DNA from: Pseudaquidulcibacter saccharophilus
GTDB lineage: Bacteria > Pseudomonadota > Alphaproteobacteria > Caulobacterales > Aquidulcibacteraceae
DNA length: 32,000 bases
Direction of reading: 5' to 3'
Assembly: GCF_019455445.1 (NCBI RefSeq)
Contig: NZ_JAHWUS010000001.1
Span: 855,856-887,855 of the forward strand
Part shown: positions 9,865-18,900 of the stretch, piece by piece
Position numbering within the stretch: the first letter of the stretch is position 1
Layout: each line of letters begins with the position of its first letter
The notes under the pieces: model-generated
Told to the model about the DNA's origin: nothing
Databases searched by the model: none
Seen by the model: the letters and a program-made list of their open reading frames with translations, nothing else
Position numbers and translations under genes: made by a program

Positions 9865-10100
9865 TGGAAAAATACTTCGATCCACGCATCAATCTTGCCT
9901 TTATTCTTGCTGTTTTATTGCAGGCAATAACCGCATTCATCTGGATTGGTGGGGCGGCAGAGCGCCTCGATAGTTTTGAAAACCGCCTTAACCAACAGGC
10001 CCCAATCAATGAACGTATGGCGCGCATCGAGGCCGAAATGCAGGCCGCCCGCCAAAGCCTTACCCGCATCGAAGACCGCCTTGATAAAGGAAATAAATAA
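9861..10100 (+). CDS. Small GTA protein at the g3.5 (rcc01685) position
   Basis: 79 aa with one TM helix (INLAFILAVLLQAITAFIWIGG) and a coiled-coil tail. It has an ATGA overlap with portal and abuts the protease gene (TAAATG). The assignment rests on position and size only. Confidence 0.5.
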   Translation: MMEKYFDPRINLAFILAVLLQAITAFIWIGGAAERLDSFENRLNQQAPINERMARIEAEMQAARQSLTRIEDRLDKGNK

Positions 10101-10526
10101 ATGAGTTTTTTGCAAATCGCGGGCTATGCCAGCCTATTTGGTATCAAGGATTTGGCGGGCGATATTGTTGAACGCGGTGCCTTCGCCAACAGTCTAAAAC
10201 AATTGCCCGCTATGTCGGTGCGGATGCTTTACCAACATAATGGCAATCGACCGATTGGTGAATGGGTAAAGATCTTTGAAGATGAAATTGGCCTTTGGGT
10301 AGATGGGCTGATTTATGACGCAAGTGATGATGCCATGCTTGCACAATCAATGGTGAAATCTGGGCAAATGGATGGGCTTTCCATCGGTTTCCGCACGCTT
10401 GATTTTACGCCCGTGAATGGTGGTCGCATCCTAAAAGAAATTGACCTTAGGGAAGTTTCTTTGGTGGCATTTCCAATGTTACCGCGCGCGCGCCTTAAAA
10501 CCATTAATCAATCTATCGCAGCATAA
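10101..10526 (+). CDS. HK97-family prohead protease (g4 homologue)
   Basis: Blocks GYASLFG..D.AGDIVERGAF, YQHN (His), GLSIGF (Ser) and EVSLVAFP. Confidence 0.85.
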   Translation: MSFLQIAGYASLFGIKDLAGDIVERGAFANSLKQLPAMSVRMLYQHNGNRPIGEWVKIFEDEIGLWVDGLIYDASDDAMLAQSMVKSGQMDGLSIGFRTLDFTPVNGGRILKEIDLREVSLVAFPMLPRARLKTINQSIAA

Positions 10527-10538
10527 TAGGAGTAATTA

Positions 10539-11777
10539 ATGCAGGATATTGAAAACAAAAGTGCGCCCGATGAAAAGGCCGCACGCAACGAGATTATGAA
10601 GACATTTGAGGCATTTAAAGCCGCCAATGACGAAAGACTTCATAGCCTTGAACACAAGATCGCACCCAACAAAATTAATTATGATGTGCTTTTGGAAGAA
10701 AAGGTTGATCGTATCGACCGTGCTTTATCACAGGCCCAAGCCAGCCTTGATAGATTATCATTGATGGGTGCGCGCCCAAATGCAATTGCCGAAAGCGAGC
10801 AAAAGTCTGCCCATAATCAAGCATGGTCGCAATTCATGCGCCGTGGCGATGAAAATGCTTTGCACCGTGTTGAAGAAAAATCATTGTCTTCATCGGTGGC
10901 ATCAGATGGTGGCCACGTTGCACCCGCCGAAGTGCAGGCAGTGATTGAACGTGTTTTATCAAACATCTCACCAATGCGTAAAATTGCCAGTGTGCGCCCA
11001 ACCACTTCGGGAACTTTTAAAAAGCCGATTTCAACCACTGCGGCCACTGTTGGTTGGGTTGCCGAAACCGGTGCGCGCACGCAAACCAATACCCCAAGCC
11101 TTGATTTATTGGCATTTCCGATTGGTGAAGTTTATGCAATGGCAGCCGCCACCCAAACCCTACTTGATGATGCAGCAGTTGATATTGATGCATGGTTGGC
11201 AAGCGAAATTGCCCAAAGTTTCGCAACCGCCGAAAGCGCCGCCTTTATTTCGGGGGATGGAACCAACAAACCAAAAGGCATTGCGTCATATAATATTGTG
11301 GCGGATGCTGGCCAAACCTATGGTTCACTTGGTTATATTGCCACTGGTTTGGCGGGGGCATTTGCGGCGACAAATCCGGTCGATAAATTGGTTGATTTAA
11401 CCTATGCACCGCGCACCCCATACCGCGCCAATGCATCATTTTTGATGAACCGCCGAACTTTGGGTCAGGTGCGTAAGTTCAAAGACAGCACGGGGCAATA
11501 TATTTGGCAACCGTCACTCGTGGCGGGGCAACCGACCACATTGCTTGGCTATAATGTCTATGAATGTGAAGATATGGCGGATGTGGCGGCAAATAGCCTT
11601 TCAATTGCTTTTGGTGATTTTGAAAAGGGCTATTTGATTGTCGATAGAACCGATGTCCGTGTTTTACGCGATCCATATTCAAACAAGCCTTATGTCCTGT
11701 TTTATGTAACCAAGCGCGTGGGCGGTGGTGTGCAGGATTATGACGCGATTAAATTCCTTAAATTTGCTGCCTCCTAG
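10539..11777 (+). CDS. HK97-family major capsid protein (g5 homologue)
   Basis: 412 aa with an N-terminal coiled-coil delta-like region followed by a capsid-fold region. SD AGGAG lies 6 nt upstream. Its position after the protease fits. Confidence 0.9.
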   Translation: MQDIENKSAPDEKAARNEIMKTFEAFKAANDERLHSLEHKIAPNKINYDVLLEEKVDRIDRALSQAQASLDRLSLMGARPNAIAESEQKSAHNQAWSQFMRRGDENALHRVEEKSLSSSVASDGGHVAPAEVQAVIERVLSNISPMRKIASVRPTTSGTFKKPISTTAATVGWVAETGARTQTNTPSLDLLAFPIGEVYAMAAATQTLLDDAAVDIDAWLASEIAQSFATAESAAFISGDGTNKPKGIASYNIVADAGQTYGSLGYIATGLAGAFAATNPVDKLVDLTYAPRTPYRANASFLMNRRTLGQVRKFKDSTGQYIWQPSLVAGQPTTLLGYNVYECEDMADVAANSLSIAFGDFEKGYLIVDRTDVRVLRDPYSNKPYVLFYVTKRVGGGVQDYDAIKFLKFAAS

Positions 11778-11784
11778 GTGATAA

Positions 11785-12312
11785 ATGACGAATATTGTTT
11801 TGGTGCAGCCGTCTGAACTGCCACTGACTTTGGATGAGGTTAAAACCTATCTAAGAATTGGCACTGATGGCGATGATAATATGCTTTTGCTATTGCTAAA
11901 GGCGGCGGTGGAAATGGTGGAGGCAAAAAATGCAATCGCCCTTATTTCCCGCAAGCTGCGCCAAAGCATTTCGGCAAAGGAAATCCATAATGCGTATAAA
12001 TTGGCACAATCAGGAGGGCAAAAACCCGCTTTAAGACCTGATTTTCACAATGTTACGGCGATTGATACGGTTAGAAATTCCATTAATGGGATAATGGTAA
12101 CGGCAATCGATTTAATAAGTTTGCAAGATAATCTGTTTTACCTCAATCGGTATAGCGAAGGTCTTGAAATCGATTATTTCGCGGGGTTTGCAAATGCGGC
12201 ATCCGTACCAAATTCCTATAAATTGGAAATATTGGAAGAAATTGGGCGCGCAATCCAAAACCGTGATGATGGCGGGCAAAATCAGAACCCGAATATTGGG
12301 GTGCGCCTATGA
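11785..12312 (+). CDS. Head-tail connector/adaptor, gp6-like (g6 homologue)
   Basis: The N-terminal pattern LTLDEVKTYLRIGTDGDDNMLLLLLKAAVEMVE is typical of gp6-like connectors. The C-terminus carries the ..IDYFAGF..VP...K..ILE.IG pattern. Confidence 0.8.
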   Translation: MTNIVLVQPSELPLTLDEVKTYLRIGTDGDDNMLLLLLKAAVEMVEAKNAIALISRKLRQSISAKEIHNAYKLAQSGGQKPALRPDFHNVTAIDTVRNSINGIMVTAIDLISLQDNLFYLNRYSEGLEIDYFAGFANAASVPNSYKLEILEEIGRAIQNRDDGGQNQNPNIGVRL

Positions 12313-12716
12313 TTGCCGTCCAAGAATTAATCACCAATTCACTAAAGTCTGATGCGGGTATTAAATCCGCATTGGGTAACACTGCGCGCATATATGATGC
12401 ACCGGTTAAGCACGCGCTTATGCCCTTTGCAGTTTGGCGCAGGTGGGAACAAAAACCCATTGCCGGCGATTATGAGGGGGCGGTTGAATACGCTGCTATC
12501 ATTGAAATTACCTGTAAAAACAACGGTATTGATGATGCCAAATCAGCGGTTTCGGCAATTCAAAAATGGGCAATAAATGCCAAACCAGAAAACGAACAAA
12601 CCAAAATCATCCTTATTATGACCAATTACGCCGATGTTTACCGCGCCATAGATGGACGGACTTTTTTGGGCGTGGTGCGGCTTAAAATATTGGTGGAGGA
12701 AAAAGAAATATCATGA
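12309..12716 (+). CDS. DUF3168-type tail terminator (g8 homologue)
   Basis: 135 aa. The pattern L..SLKSDAGIKSALGNTARIYDAPVKHALMPFAVW resembles DUF3168/g8 proteins. It has ATGA overlaps on both sides. Confidence 0.7.
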   Translation: MIAVQELITNSLKSDAGIKSALGNTARIYDAPVKHALMPFAVWRRWEQKPIAGDYEGAVEYAAIIEITCKNNGIDDAKSAVSAIQKWAINAKPENEQTKIILIMTNYADVYRAIDGRTFLGVVRLKILVEEKEIS

Positions 12717-13129
12717 CCATACAAGCAGCAAGAGACATTCTTTTAAAAATTTCTGATGGGGCCGTGAACCCAAATTATATAATCATTGGCGGATTGCGCG
12801 CCAGAACAATCGCACTTTCTGCCAAGACCATTGATGGCACGGCATCGGATTCGGCAGGCAATTGGCGTGAACTTTTGCCCAATGCGGGTTTAAAAGAAGT
12901 GTCGGTAACGGGTTCAGGCGTGTTTAAAGATACTGCGGCGGATGAAATTGTCCGTGCCGCATTTTTCAATCAGGACGCCCGTATATGGCGGCTAATTATC
13001 CCAAGTTTTGGGCAATTAGAGGGGTTGTTTATAATTTCTAACCTTGAATATGGTGGCAATTATGATGGCGAGGCCACATTTTCAATGACCCTTAATTCAG
13101 CCGGGGCAATTGGGTTTAGCGCACTATGA
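12713..13129 (+). CDS. Major tail (tube) protein, TP901-1 family (g9 homologue)
   Basis: Blocks IGGLRARTIALSAKTIDGT, GNWRELLPNAGLKEVSVTGSGVFKD and LEYGGNYDGEATFSMTLNSAG. Confidence 0.85.
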   Translation: MTIQAARDILLKISDGAVNPNYIIIGGLRARTIALSAKTIDGTASDSAGNWRELLPNAGLKEVSVTGSGVFKDTAADEIVRAAFFNQDARIWRLIIPSFGQLEGLFIISNLEYGGNYDGEATFSMTLNSAGAIGFSAL

Positions 13130-13419
13130 TAGTCAATGAAAAACGTGGTGAAGTGGCAATCGAAATTAATGGCAAACACCACAAAATTTGCCTAACTTTG
13201 GGTGCGCTAGCAGAATTGGAAACCGCATTTTCTGCCACAGATTTAAAAGATTTGGGGCAAAAAATGGGGCGTTTAAGCGCGGGTGAAATCCTAATTGTAT
13301 TGCTGATTTTGTTAAAAGGCGGTGGGGTAGTTTTTGAAATCGAGACCTTAAAAACCTCCGACCTTAACCCCAAAATTGCCGCGCAAAAAATTGCCGAATG
13401 CTTTGAAAAATGCGCGTAA
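13126..13419 (+). CDS. GTA tail assembly chaperone-like protein (g10 homologue)
   Basis: The pattern NEKRGEVAIEINGK..KICLTLGALAELE matches the conserved g10 pattern, and the 97-aa size fits. Confidence 0.75.
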   Translation: MIVNEKRGEVAIEINGKHHKICLTLGALAELETAFSATDLKDLGQKMGRLSAGEILIVLLILLKGGGVVFEIETLKTSDLNPKIAAQKIAECFEKCA

Positions 13420-13598
13420 TCCAACAAAACTCTTGGGCGCAAATGATGCGCTATGCCTTATCAATTGGCATAAGCCCGCGTGTGTTTTGGCAATTATCGG
13501 TTTTGGAATGGAAAATGTTGGTGGGGGAAACCCACCCCGCCTTAAACGCCCGAGAATTTGAAAAATTATTGAAAGAATTTGATAATGACACAAGATAA
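13410..13598 (+). CDS. rcc01693-like small protein (g10.1 homologue)
   Basis: 62 aa. The W..MMRYALSIGISPRVFWQLSVLEW pattern resembles g10.1. It lies in the -1 frame relative to g10 and overlaps it by 10 nt. Confidence 0.65.
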   Translation: MRVIQQNSWAQMMRYALSIGISPRVFWQLSVLEWKMLVGETHPALNAREFEKLLKEFDNDTR

Positions 13599-14103
13599 TC
13601 AATATCAAAAAAGTGCCGATGAATTTGGTAATCTCGCACAATCCGCCAATGAGAATGCCACATTGATTTCGCGCGCCTTTGACAAGGTTGGTAACGATAT
13701 TTCAAAAAGCCTGGGGACTGCGGCACGGTCTGGGGAATTATCGATTAAATCGCTGGCACAGGCAATTTTGCGCGATTTATCAAATATTGCCATCAACCAA
13801 TATGTCACCAAACCGATTGATGGGATTGTATCATCTATTGCGGCCAATTTTGGCGCGACAATTTCTGGTGCAAGGGCCGGTGGCGGCAGTGTGAATATTG
13901 GTGGGGCATATTTGGTGGGCGAAAATGGACCAGAGCTTTTTGTCCCCAAAACCGCGGGGACAATTCAAAACGAATTATCCCAACCAATAAATATCAATAT
14001 CCATGTTGGTCAGGGCGGTAATTTGTCGGATGTCAAACGATCTGCCAATCAAATTTCAACTGCATTGGCGCGCGCCGTAAATAAGGGAAGGGCAGGATTA
14101 TGA
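13585..14103 (+). CDS. Short tail tape measure protein (g11 homologue)
   Basis: Has the C-terminal GGAYLVGENGPELFVP..AGTI block typical of GTA tape measures. I prefer the ATG at 13585 over the tracked TTG at 13579. Confidence 0.8.
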   Translation: MTQDNQYQKSADEFGNLAQSANENATLISRAFDKVGNDISKSLGTAARSGELSIKSLAQAILRDLSNIAINQYVTKPIDGIVSSIAANFGATISGARAGGGSVNIGGAYLVGENGPELFVPKTAGTIQNELSQPININIHVGQGGNLSDVKRSANQISTALARAVNKGRAGL

Positions 14104-14726
14104 GTTTTCATGACATATCTTTCCCGATGCGAATTGCGCGTGGTGCAATTGGGGGCCCTGTTCGCCGCACCAATATTGCCACCCGCAAAAATGGCAAAGA
14201 AATCCGCATTAGTTCAAATGCAAATTCGCTAAGGCATTGGCAGATTTCGTCAAAAAATGCGGATTTGAATGATTTGGCACAGGTCGTTGATTTTTACGAG
14301 GCGCGCCTTGGGCGGCTTTATGCGTTTCGGTTTCGTGATCCTTTTGATAATAAATCCTGCGCGCCAAATAATATTCCAAATCATAATGATCAAAAAATTG
14401 GGGTCGGTGATGGCGTAAACAAATCATTCCAAATTGTTAAAAACTATGGTGATGCGGCAAATATCTATGCCCGCAAAATTTCCAAACCAGTTTTAGGTTC
14501 GGTTTTAATTGCAATAGATGGTGTATTGAAAACAGGCGGTTTTTCAATTGATTATTTGACCGGAATGTTAAATTTCACCAATGCACCAAATACTGGGCAG
14601 ATTATCACCGCCGGTTTTGAATTTGATTGCGTTGCGCGTTTTGATAATGAACAGCTTGAATTATCACTAGATGGGCAGACCAATGGGCATATTGCCGACA
14701 TCCTGATTAATGAGGTGTTGTCATGA
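14100..14726 (+). CDS. Distal tail protein, DUF2460 family (g12 homologue)
   Basis: The N-terminus MSFHDISFPMRIARGAIGGPVRRTNI and the block YEARLGRLYAFRFRDPFD are typical of this family. Confidence 0.85.
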   Translation: MSFHDISFPMRIARGAIGGPVRRTNIATRKNGKEIRISSNANSLRHWQISSKNADLNDLAQVVDFYEARLGRLYAFRFRDPFDNKSCAPNNIPNHNDQKIGVGDGVNKSFQIVKNYGDAANIYARKISKPVLGSVLIAIDGVLKTGGFSIDYLTGMLNFTNAPNTGQIITAGFEFDCVARFDNEQLELSLDGQTNGHIADILINEVLS

Positions 14727-15604
14727 AAACCGTGTCGTCATCATTTGTGCAAAGCCTTGGGGCGGAAAGCCAAACTTTGGCATATGGCTATATTTTAAGC
14801 CGTAATGATGGTGTTAGGGTTTGTTTTTCCGGGCATGATTGCGATATTATGGTTGGTGGAAATCTATTCATTGCCAATAATGCGCTTGATATCGGGCATG
14901 GTGAAAAATCATCAGGTCTTGGAAGTGATAATAGCCTTTTGCTTGGTGGTTTCGAGGTTGGGCTTATTGAAGAAATCGACATCAAATTTGGTAAATGGGA
15001 TAAAGCGGCGGTTGAAATTATTTTGTTTGATTGGCAAAATGCCAATAATTATGCTACGGTTTTTAATGGCTTTATCAACGCGATTACCCAAAGCGACATT
15101 GGCTTTGAATTTGAATTGTCGGGGCAAAAACAGAAATTTCAAAATCAAATTGGGCGCACCATAAGCCGCAATTGTGATGCGGTTTTGGGCGATGAAAAGT
15201 GTGGGATTGACCTTGTAGAGGCGGGGCATTTTATTGATACCGAATTGCTTGCTAATTCGACCATTGATTTTATTGAAACCGGCGCGAACAATATAAATGC
15301 CGCAGATTATATTTATGGCAAAATGGTTTTTAAAAGCGGTGCATTATCAGGGTTTGAAATCGGTATAAAAAGCATTGTTAAAAACGCTGCTACCACTTTG
15401 ATTTTCCTTGAAAATCCTTTGCCGATTTTGCCTGTGCACGGCGATTCTATCCGGCTTTTCAAAGGCTGTGACAAGACTTTTACCACTTGCAAAACCCGTT
15501 TTCATAATGGCGATAATTTTCGTGGTTGCCCGCATTTACCCGGTCAATCAGATGCCTTTTCTGGCCCTGCCATATCGGGCAATGATGGGGGTAAACGGTC
15601 ATGA
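14723..15604 (+). CDS. Baseplate hub protein, DUF2163/BR0599 family (g13 homologue)
   Basis: Carries the C-terminal BR0599-type block GCDKTFTTCKTRFHNGDNFRGCPHLPG. Confidence 0.85.
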   Translation: MKTVSSSFVQSLGAESQTLAYGYILSRNDGVRVCFSGHDCDIMVGGNLFIANNALDIGHGEKSSGLGSDNSLLLGGFEVGLIEEIDIKFGKWDKAAVEIILFDWQNANNYATVFNGFINAITQSDIGFEFELSGQKQKFQNQIGRTISRNCDAVLGDEKCGIDLVEAGHFIDTELLANSTIDFIETGANNINAADYIYGKMVFKSGALSGFEIGIKSIVKNAATTLIFLENPLPILPVHGDSIRLFKGCDKTFTTCKTRFHNGDNFRGCPHLPGQSDAFSGPAISGNDGGKRS

Positions 15605-15984
15605 TGCGGGGTGAAATTATTGCCACTGCCCGCGAAATGTTGGGAACCCCTTTTCGGGTTGGTATGTCTTTAAAAAATGTTGGTTGTGATTGCGCAGGGT
15701 TAATAGAAATTATTTTGCGGCAATTGGGACAAGAGGTTCCAAAGCGTAATCAATCCCTAGCAGAAGCACTAATAATCGCAATGGATGAAACCAAAACCCA
15801 ATCAGTGGGTGATGTGGTTTTATTTAAAAGCACCGCGAATATGGCGGATTTTCATTGCGGAATTCTAACCGAAAAAAACACCATAATTCATGCCCATTGG
15901 TCACAAGGTGTGGTCGAAAATTCATTCGGCAATTGGTTCAAAAAGCGTGTTGTTGCATTTTATTCTTTTAAGGGTGTCGAATAA
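15601..15984 (+). CDS. NlpC/P60-family cell wall peptidase (g14 homologue)
   Basis: Catalytic Cys context GCDCAGLI, with a His later (IIHAHW). 127 aa, positioned between hub and megatron. Confidence 0.85.
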   Translation: MMRGEIIATAREMLGTPFRVGMSLKNVGCDCAGLIEIILRQLGQEVPKRNQSLAEALIIAMDETKTQSVGDVVLFKSTANMADFHCGILTEKNTIIHAHWSQGVVENSFGNWFKKRVVAFYSFKGVE

Positions 15985-18900
15985 TGGCTTCGATAATTTT
16001 ATCATCACTTGGAACATCGGCGTTTGGCTCTATTGGCGGGTTTATTGGGTCGTTGGTTGGCTCATCAATTGATGGCTATTTATCATCAGAGCTTGGGGGG
16101 AGGGTGCACGAAGCGTCAAAACTTGGCACATTGTCGGTGCAATCATCAATAGATGGTGCGCCAATGCCGATTGTTTATGGTCGTGCCAAAATTGCAGGGC
16201 AACTTATTTGGGCCTCAAAATTCAAAGAAACCAATATAAAGCGTAAAGTGGGTGGTAAATCTGGGCAGAAAATCACCGAAAACAAATATTTCATTTCTTT
16301 TGCCATTGCCTTGTGTGAGGGTGAAATATCGGGTCTGGGCAAAGTTTGGGTCAATGGCGATGAATTTGATTTGAATAATACCGAATATCGCCTTTATCGC
16401 GGAACGCCTTTCCAAGATAAAGACCCGCTTATTGAGGCAATCGAAGGCATTGGAAATACCCCGTGCTATAATGATATCGCCTATATTGTATTTGAGGATT
16501 TCGACCTTGATAATTATGGTGACCGTATCCCACAATTCGCATTTGAAGTTTTTTGCCCGCCCAAAACATCGGAAAATCGGCTTGAAGATTTAATAAAAGG
16601 GGTTTGTATGATACCTGGTGCTGGTGAGTTTGCCTATGCCACCACATCCATCAAGCATCTTGTTGCCCCCGGTCGCGATAATGGGGTGAACAATAACCAA
16701 AGCGGTAATAAAGCTGACTTTGTGGTTGCTTTAGACAATCTTGAACGCGACTTGCCGCAGGTTAAAAATATATCGCTGGTGGTGGCATGGTTCGGAACGG
16801 ACACGCACGCTGAAAATTGTGAACTAAAGCCGAAAGTTGACCGCAAGGATAAAATAACATCGCCTTATCAATGGTCGGTTGCGGGTCTTGGGCGTGATGA
16901 TGCCGATTTGGTTAGTAATTATATGGGTGATGCCGCCTATGGCGGGACGCCGTGCGACACGTCTATTCAAGAGGCAATAAAGGAAATTAAATCGCGCGGT
17001 TTAAAAATTACTTTCAACCCCTTTATAATGATGGATTGTGCGGGTTATCCATGGCGCGGACGAGTTACTGTGACGGGCGATAAAACCGCCACCGCCCGCA
17101 CAAAAATCAATGAATTTTATAATGGTAAGACATGGTCATACCGCAATTTCATTCTGCATTATGCGAATTTATGTGCTGAAGCGGGTGGGGTTGATACATT
17201 CCTTTTGGGTTCTGAAATGGTGGGTTTAACCCGTATCAGGGATAATGAGGATAAATTTCCATTTGTTGAAAACCTTATTGAATTGGCGTCCGAAGTGCGG
17301 GCAATTTTACCTAATGCCAAAATTTCTTATGGCGCTGATTGGACGGAATATGGTGCATATTATTCTGACAATAACACGTATTTCCCGCTTGATGCCCTGT
17401 GGTCAAATGCCAATATCGATTTTGTCGGCATTGATTATTATGCCCCAATTTCTGATCGCCACGAAGGTGATGCCCGCTATTCAATTCCTGATTTTCAAAA
17501 CCATATTGAGGGTGGGGAAGGGTATGATTATTATTATCAAAACCAAAGTGACCGCACCAATAAAATCAAAACCCCAATAATTGATACGAACTATCACGAG
17601 GAATGGGTTTATCGGCAAAAGGATTTGCGTGGGTTTTGGTCAAATACACATTATGAACGCGTGGGTGGGGTTAAAAAAACAATCCCAACCCAATGGCTTG
17701 CCAAATCAAAACCTATAAGACTGCTAGAGCTTGGTTACGCCGCAATTGACCGCGCCGGCAATCTTCCAAGTGCGTTTCCCGATGCCAAATCAATTGAAAA
17801 TACCATTCCATATTTTTCAAATGGTGCGCGCGATGACATGGAACAGCGTAATTGTTTGAGCGCGTTTCTAGGCTATTGGCAGGGGGATAAAAACCCAAAT
17901 GCCAACCTTTATAATGGCAAGATGATTGATTTGGATGGGATAAATATTTGGGCATGGGATGCACGGCCTTATCCCGCATTCCCATCTCTTTCCGATATTT
18001 GGGCGGATGGCGAAAATATGCCCAAAGGTCATTGGCTTATGGGGCGCATGGGGCAGGGGAATTTGGGTGAGATTATCAAAGATATTGCCCTGCGTGCTGG
18101 CTTTGAAAATGTCGATTGTAATGGTGTTGAAGGAATTATTGACGGCTTTGTCATCGAAAATCCACAGGATGCCCGTGCCGCCCTTGAAAATCTAATTTAT
18201 GCTTTTGGTATTGAAACTACCCAAAGCGGGGATTTGATTGTTTTCAAAACCCGCCAGCATAACGATAATATTACCGAATTATCACACGATGATTTGATTT
18301 TGGATGACGTCCAAAACCTAATCCAAAGATCCAAAGAATTTGCCGATAAAATTTCACGCTTTCAATTTTCTTGTTATGCTTCTGATGCCGATTATGACAT
18401 TATTTCCCATGAAGTTGTTGGCAACACGGCACAGGGCAAAAGAGGGCAATTTTCATTGCCAATAATTGCGGGTCGCGAAGTGCGCGATGGAATTGCCCGC
18501 TATCTTTTGGGGCTTGCGCAAAATGGTGTTGTAACTGCGGAAATAAGGGTTGGGATGCAGGCGGCACTTACCCTTGAAATAGGTGATAATATCAAATTGG
18601 ATGGTGAGGTTTGGCGCATTGAGCGCATCGAAAATGATATTTTCACAACCATTCATTTATCAAAGGCATTTTGCGATTTCTTGGCGCCCAATAAAGGCGA
18701 ATTGCAGAATAAATTTATTCAATCGACCACCTATTCGCGACCATATGGTATTATATTATCACTGCCATATCCATTCATTGCTGCCAATGATTGCAATGCC
18801 AAGGTATTTGCCGCGCAATACCCATTTTTTGGCGCAATCGAAATGAAGTTTAATGGTGCAAAAATTGTTACCCTCAATAAAACCGCAAATTATGGCTTTT

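Noticed and set aside
13370-13419. A canonical X-XXY-YYZ slippery heptamer for g10/g10.1 frameshifting
   Set aside because: The CCC-AAA-A and CAA-AAA-A runs are not in the required phase. The -1 frame is closed by TGA at 13404-13406, so only the non-canonical GAA-AAA site remains. It is reported as a hypothesis only.
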